DNA of 48,929 nt, taken from the NCBI GenBank assembly GCA_016880465.1, contig JAEHDK010000738.1:1-48929 (forward strand), read 5' to 3'. The notes under the pieces were generated by a model. That model was not told the origin of the DNA, did not search any database, and was given only the letters and a program-made list of their open reading frames with translations. The translations under genes were made by a program, and so were the position numbers. Origin of the DNA: Micromonosporaceae bacterium (lineage in GTDB: Bacteria > Actinomycetota > Actinomycetes > Mycobacteriales > Micromonosporaceae). Every line of letters starts with the position of its first letter. Position 1 is the stretch's first letter. This document shows positions 47,189 to 48,929 of this stretch, piece after piece.

Positions 47189-47892
47189 CCGACCACGTGG
47201 AAGTCCGCTGCGTCGTCTGCCCGCAGCTGCACAGTCGCGCGCCGCGACACTACGAGCGCGCCCAGGTGTGCGAGCCCTGCCGTGCCCGACTCGCGCAGAC
47301 GCTGACCGACATCGGCCGCGGGCACGGAGACCTGCCGCAGCACCTCGAGCGCGGGGCTGGGTTCGGCCAGTACGTGCGCGGCGGCGAGGTCGAGGCACCG
47401 CTCCCGTTCCGCGAAGACGTGTGGGACCTGCTCCTGCCCGTACGCCCAACACCGAACGTGGTCGGCCTCGACGACCTGCTGTGCCAGATCGGCCACGTCT
47501 CCGTCGCCACACTGCTCGACTCTTGGATCCGCGACTGGTGCCACCTGCGCGGCAAGAGCGAGCGCGGACGCCCCGGCTACGTGAGCGCGATGGTCGTGTG
47601 GCTGGGCAACCGCCTCGAATGGGCCTGCGACCACCATCCGGCCGTCGACGAGTTCGCGTCCGAGATCAACGGACTATGGTCGGTCATGCGTCGCTACGTC
47701 GGAGTCGACGAGCCGCGTCCCACGCCATGTCGGGGCGTGCCGTGCCGGCGCTGTGACCTGAAGACCCTCGCCCGCCTCGCTGACGGCTCCGGCGACGTCG
47801 AGTGCCAGAACGCCGCCTGTCGGACGGTGTACCGAGCCGACGAGTACACCCGCTGGGTGCGGCTTGTCGCAGCCGCGGTGAGTGGAGGATGA
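47185..47892 (+). CDS. Hypothetical protein with N- and C-terminal zinc-ribbon-like CxxC pairs (235 aa)
   Basis: CVVCPQ...CEPCRARL at the N-terminus and CRRCDLK...CQNAACR at the C-terminus. Confidence 0.6.
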   Translation: MTDHVEVRCVVCPQLHSRAPRHYERAQVCEPCRARLAQTLTDIGRGHGDLPQHLERGAGFGQYVRGGEVEAPLPFREDVWDLLLPVRPTPNVVGLDDLLCQIGHVSVATLLDSWIRDWCHLRGKSERGRPGYVSAMVVWLGNRLEWACDHHPAVDEFASEINGLWSVMRRYVGVDEPRPTPCRGVPCRRCDLKTLARLADGSGDVECQNAACRTVYRADEYTRWVRLVAAAVSGG

Positions 47893-47896
47893 GGGC

Positions 47897-48181
47897 ATGG
47901 CCGCGCTGTCGAGTCAGTTCCCTGGCTACAAGCTGATCAGGATGCCGTCCGGTGGGCTGCGGGTCACATGTCGTACGTGCTTCTTGGTTGACGTGAGCGG
48001 TTGGCGTCATCCGTTCGCGGTCCTGGCGACCATCCCGGCCGCAAGGCGGTGGATCGCTGATCACGTCCACACCGAGTTCGTCACCGAGAAGCGGGCGAAG
48101 GCGGCGGCCGGCCGACTAGCGAGCGAAAGGATGCTCAAGCGCCTCGGTATCGGTCCAGACGAGCTTGCCAACGATCCGTAG
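47897..48181 (+). CDS. Hypothetical protein (94 aa)
   Basis: ATG 47897 follows GGAGGA. The track start GTG 47882 is the alternative. Confidence 0.55.
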   Translation: MAALSSQFPGYKLIRMPSGGLRVTCRTCFLVDVSGWRHPFAVLATIPAARRWIADHVHTEFVTEKRAKAAAGRLASERMLKRLGIGPDELANDP

Positions 48182-48232
48182 ATCGGCTTTACTTGAGCCA
48201 CGTTCACGCTGCCCACACTGGGGGAGGCGTGG

Positions 48233-48439
48233 ATGTACGACCTCGACGCACGGCTCCCCGCCCACCTCGCAGCCGCGATGGTGGGTGTTTCACGTCAACT
48301 GGTCAACTACTGGCGTAACGCCGGCCTGCTCCGCTCCGTCGGCGCATCGGGCCGCAGTCCGCTCTACCGTCTCGGCGATGTCCTTGAGGTGGAGCAGACC
48401 ACCCGCCGCTCCACGCAATCCCGCCGGCGCAGTGCATGA
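48233..48439 (+). CDS. MerR/excisionase-type HTH protein
   Basis: LAAAMVGVSRQLVNYWRNAGLL......PLYRLGDVLEVE. RBS GGGGGAGG. Confidence 0.65.
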   Translation: MYDLDARLPAHLAAAMVGVSRQLVNYWRNAGLLRSVGASGRSPLYRLGDVLEVEQTTRRSTQSRRRSA

Positions 48440-48624
48440 CCCGGGTGCCCGTAACCTGCCGCCTCTGCGGTGACCAGACCCCGGCGTGGCCGGCCATGCT
48501 CGAACACCTGCGGCTGCTGCACCCCGACGTTGATCGGGAGGTGGAATGGCCCGACTCAAGCCGTGTCTTGACTGCGGGCTGCTCTCCCCAGGGCCTCGGT
48601 GCGTGGGGTGTACGCGGGCAGTAG
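48436..48624 (+). CDS. Small hypothetical protein; the 3' part overlaps the HNH gene
   Basis: ATGA overlap upstream. CRLCGD...HLRLLHP. The last ~26 codons overlap 48546-48911 and look non-native. Confidence 0.35.
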   Translation: MTRVPVTCRLCGDQTPAWPAMLEHLRLLHPDVDREVEWPDSSRVLTAGCSPQGLGAWGVRGQ

Positions 48625-48911
48625 ACCGGGCCAACCTTCGGGGTAAGCGGGCACGGAGGGTATACACCACCGAAGAGAGGCAGCGCAGGGCCCAGGTGGT
48701 AGGCGCGTGGATAGCCACCAATGGACTCATGTGTCCTGGCTACCAGGTGGCAGCTCACCCGAGTGGAGATCTGACGGCCGACCACCCAGTCGAAGTGGCT
48801 CTTGGTGGAAGCGAGAGCCAGGAACTGGCTGTCCTGTGTCGCCCACCTGGTTGCCCTGCTGGGAGAGGCGGGTGGCGAGATGGCCGCCGACAAACCCGGT
48901 CCCGCCGGTGA
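48546..48911 (+). CDS. cos/terminase-associated HNH endonuclease
   Basis: MARLKPCLDCG....RC..C at the N-terminus, then CPGYQVAAHPSGDLTADHPVEVALGGSE..LAVLC. RBS GGGAGG. Last gene before the genome end, adjacent to terS across the ends. Confidence 0.8.
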   Translation: MARLKPCLDCGLLSPGPRCVGCTRAVDRANLRGKRARRVYTTEERQRRAQVVGAWIATNGLMCPGYQVAAHPSGDLTADHPVEVALGGSESQELAVLCRPPGCPAGRGGWRDGRRQTRSRR

Positions 48912-48929
48912 CCGCGACCCGTATCGGCG

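Noticed and set aside
46974-47756. 260-aa Arg/Pro/Ala-rich ORF in an alternative plus frame.
   Set aside because: Its composition is a low-complexity artefact. The overlapping frames (46946-47188, 47185-47892) have structured sequences and coupling.
1-48929. CRISPR arrays, rRNA genes, transposase or IS elements, and reverse transcriptase/DGR or retron elements.
   Set aside because: No regularly spaced repeats, no rRNA-like or transposase-like sequence, and no YxDD-type RT motif were seen in any frame I read.

Overview
The window reads as a complete linear genome (~48.9 kb) of a temperate, cos/HNH-type siphovirus. The host is probably a high-GC actinomycete: GC is about 70%, GTG starts are frequent, ATGA/GTGA stop-start overlaps are common, and WhiB, DUF397 and DUF2637 genes are present. 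All calls come from reading the translations and the DNA by eye; no searches were run.

Left arm (59-30471, + strand):
- Small and large terminase.
- A portal gene that continues as one ~1,700-aa polyvalent ORF with SAP/HeH motifs, RyR-like repeats and a GNAT-like C-terminus.
- HK97-type prohead protease and capsid.
- Two hairpin-delimited homing-nuclease islands.
- A ~4.7-kb glycosylation island inside the head operon: four GT-A-like glycosyltransferases, a SAM methyltransferase, a NodB-like deacetylase and a PhyH-like dioxygenase. A fifth, CgeB-like glycosyltransferase has its N-terminus in another reading frame.
- Head-tail and tail genes with a canonical GGGAAAA -1 frameshift, a tape measure and tail-tip proteins.
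- A lysis-like cassette and a moron block (DUF397, RHH, secreted beta-helix protein).

Centre (30638-35091, mostly - strand):
- A DUF2637 membrane protein.
- A tRNA 3'-end fragment, which is the candidate attP.
- Two small cassettes, each bracketed by repeated palindromic modules. One is a two-gene HTH cassette; the other is a GntR-HTH plus HNH pair.
- A tyrosine integrase and an XRE repressor in an overlapping operon, facing a divergent promoter region that looks leaderless.

Right arm (35185-48911, + strand):
- About 40 tightly coupled early genes, including two DNA methyltransferases, an Erf recombinase, a WhiB-zinc-ribbon fusion, an HTH replication initiator and the cos-associated HNH.

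The strongest candidates for something new are the portal-polyvalent fusion, the extended virion-glycosylation and tailoring island, and the palindrome-bracketed regulatory cassettes in the lysogeny region.
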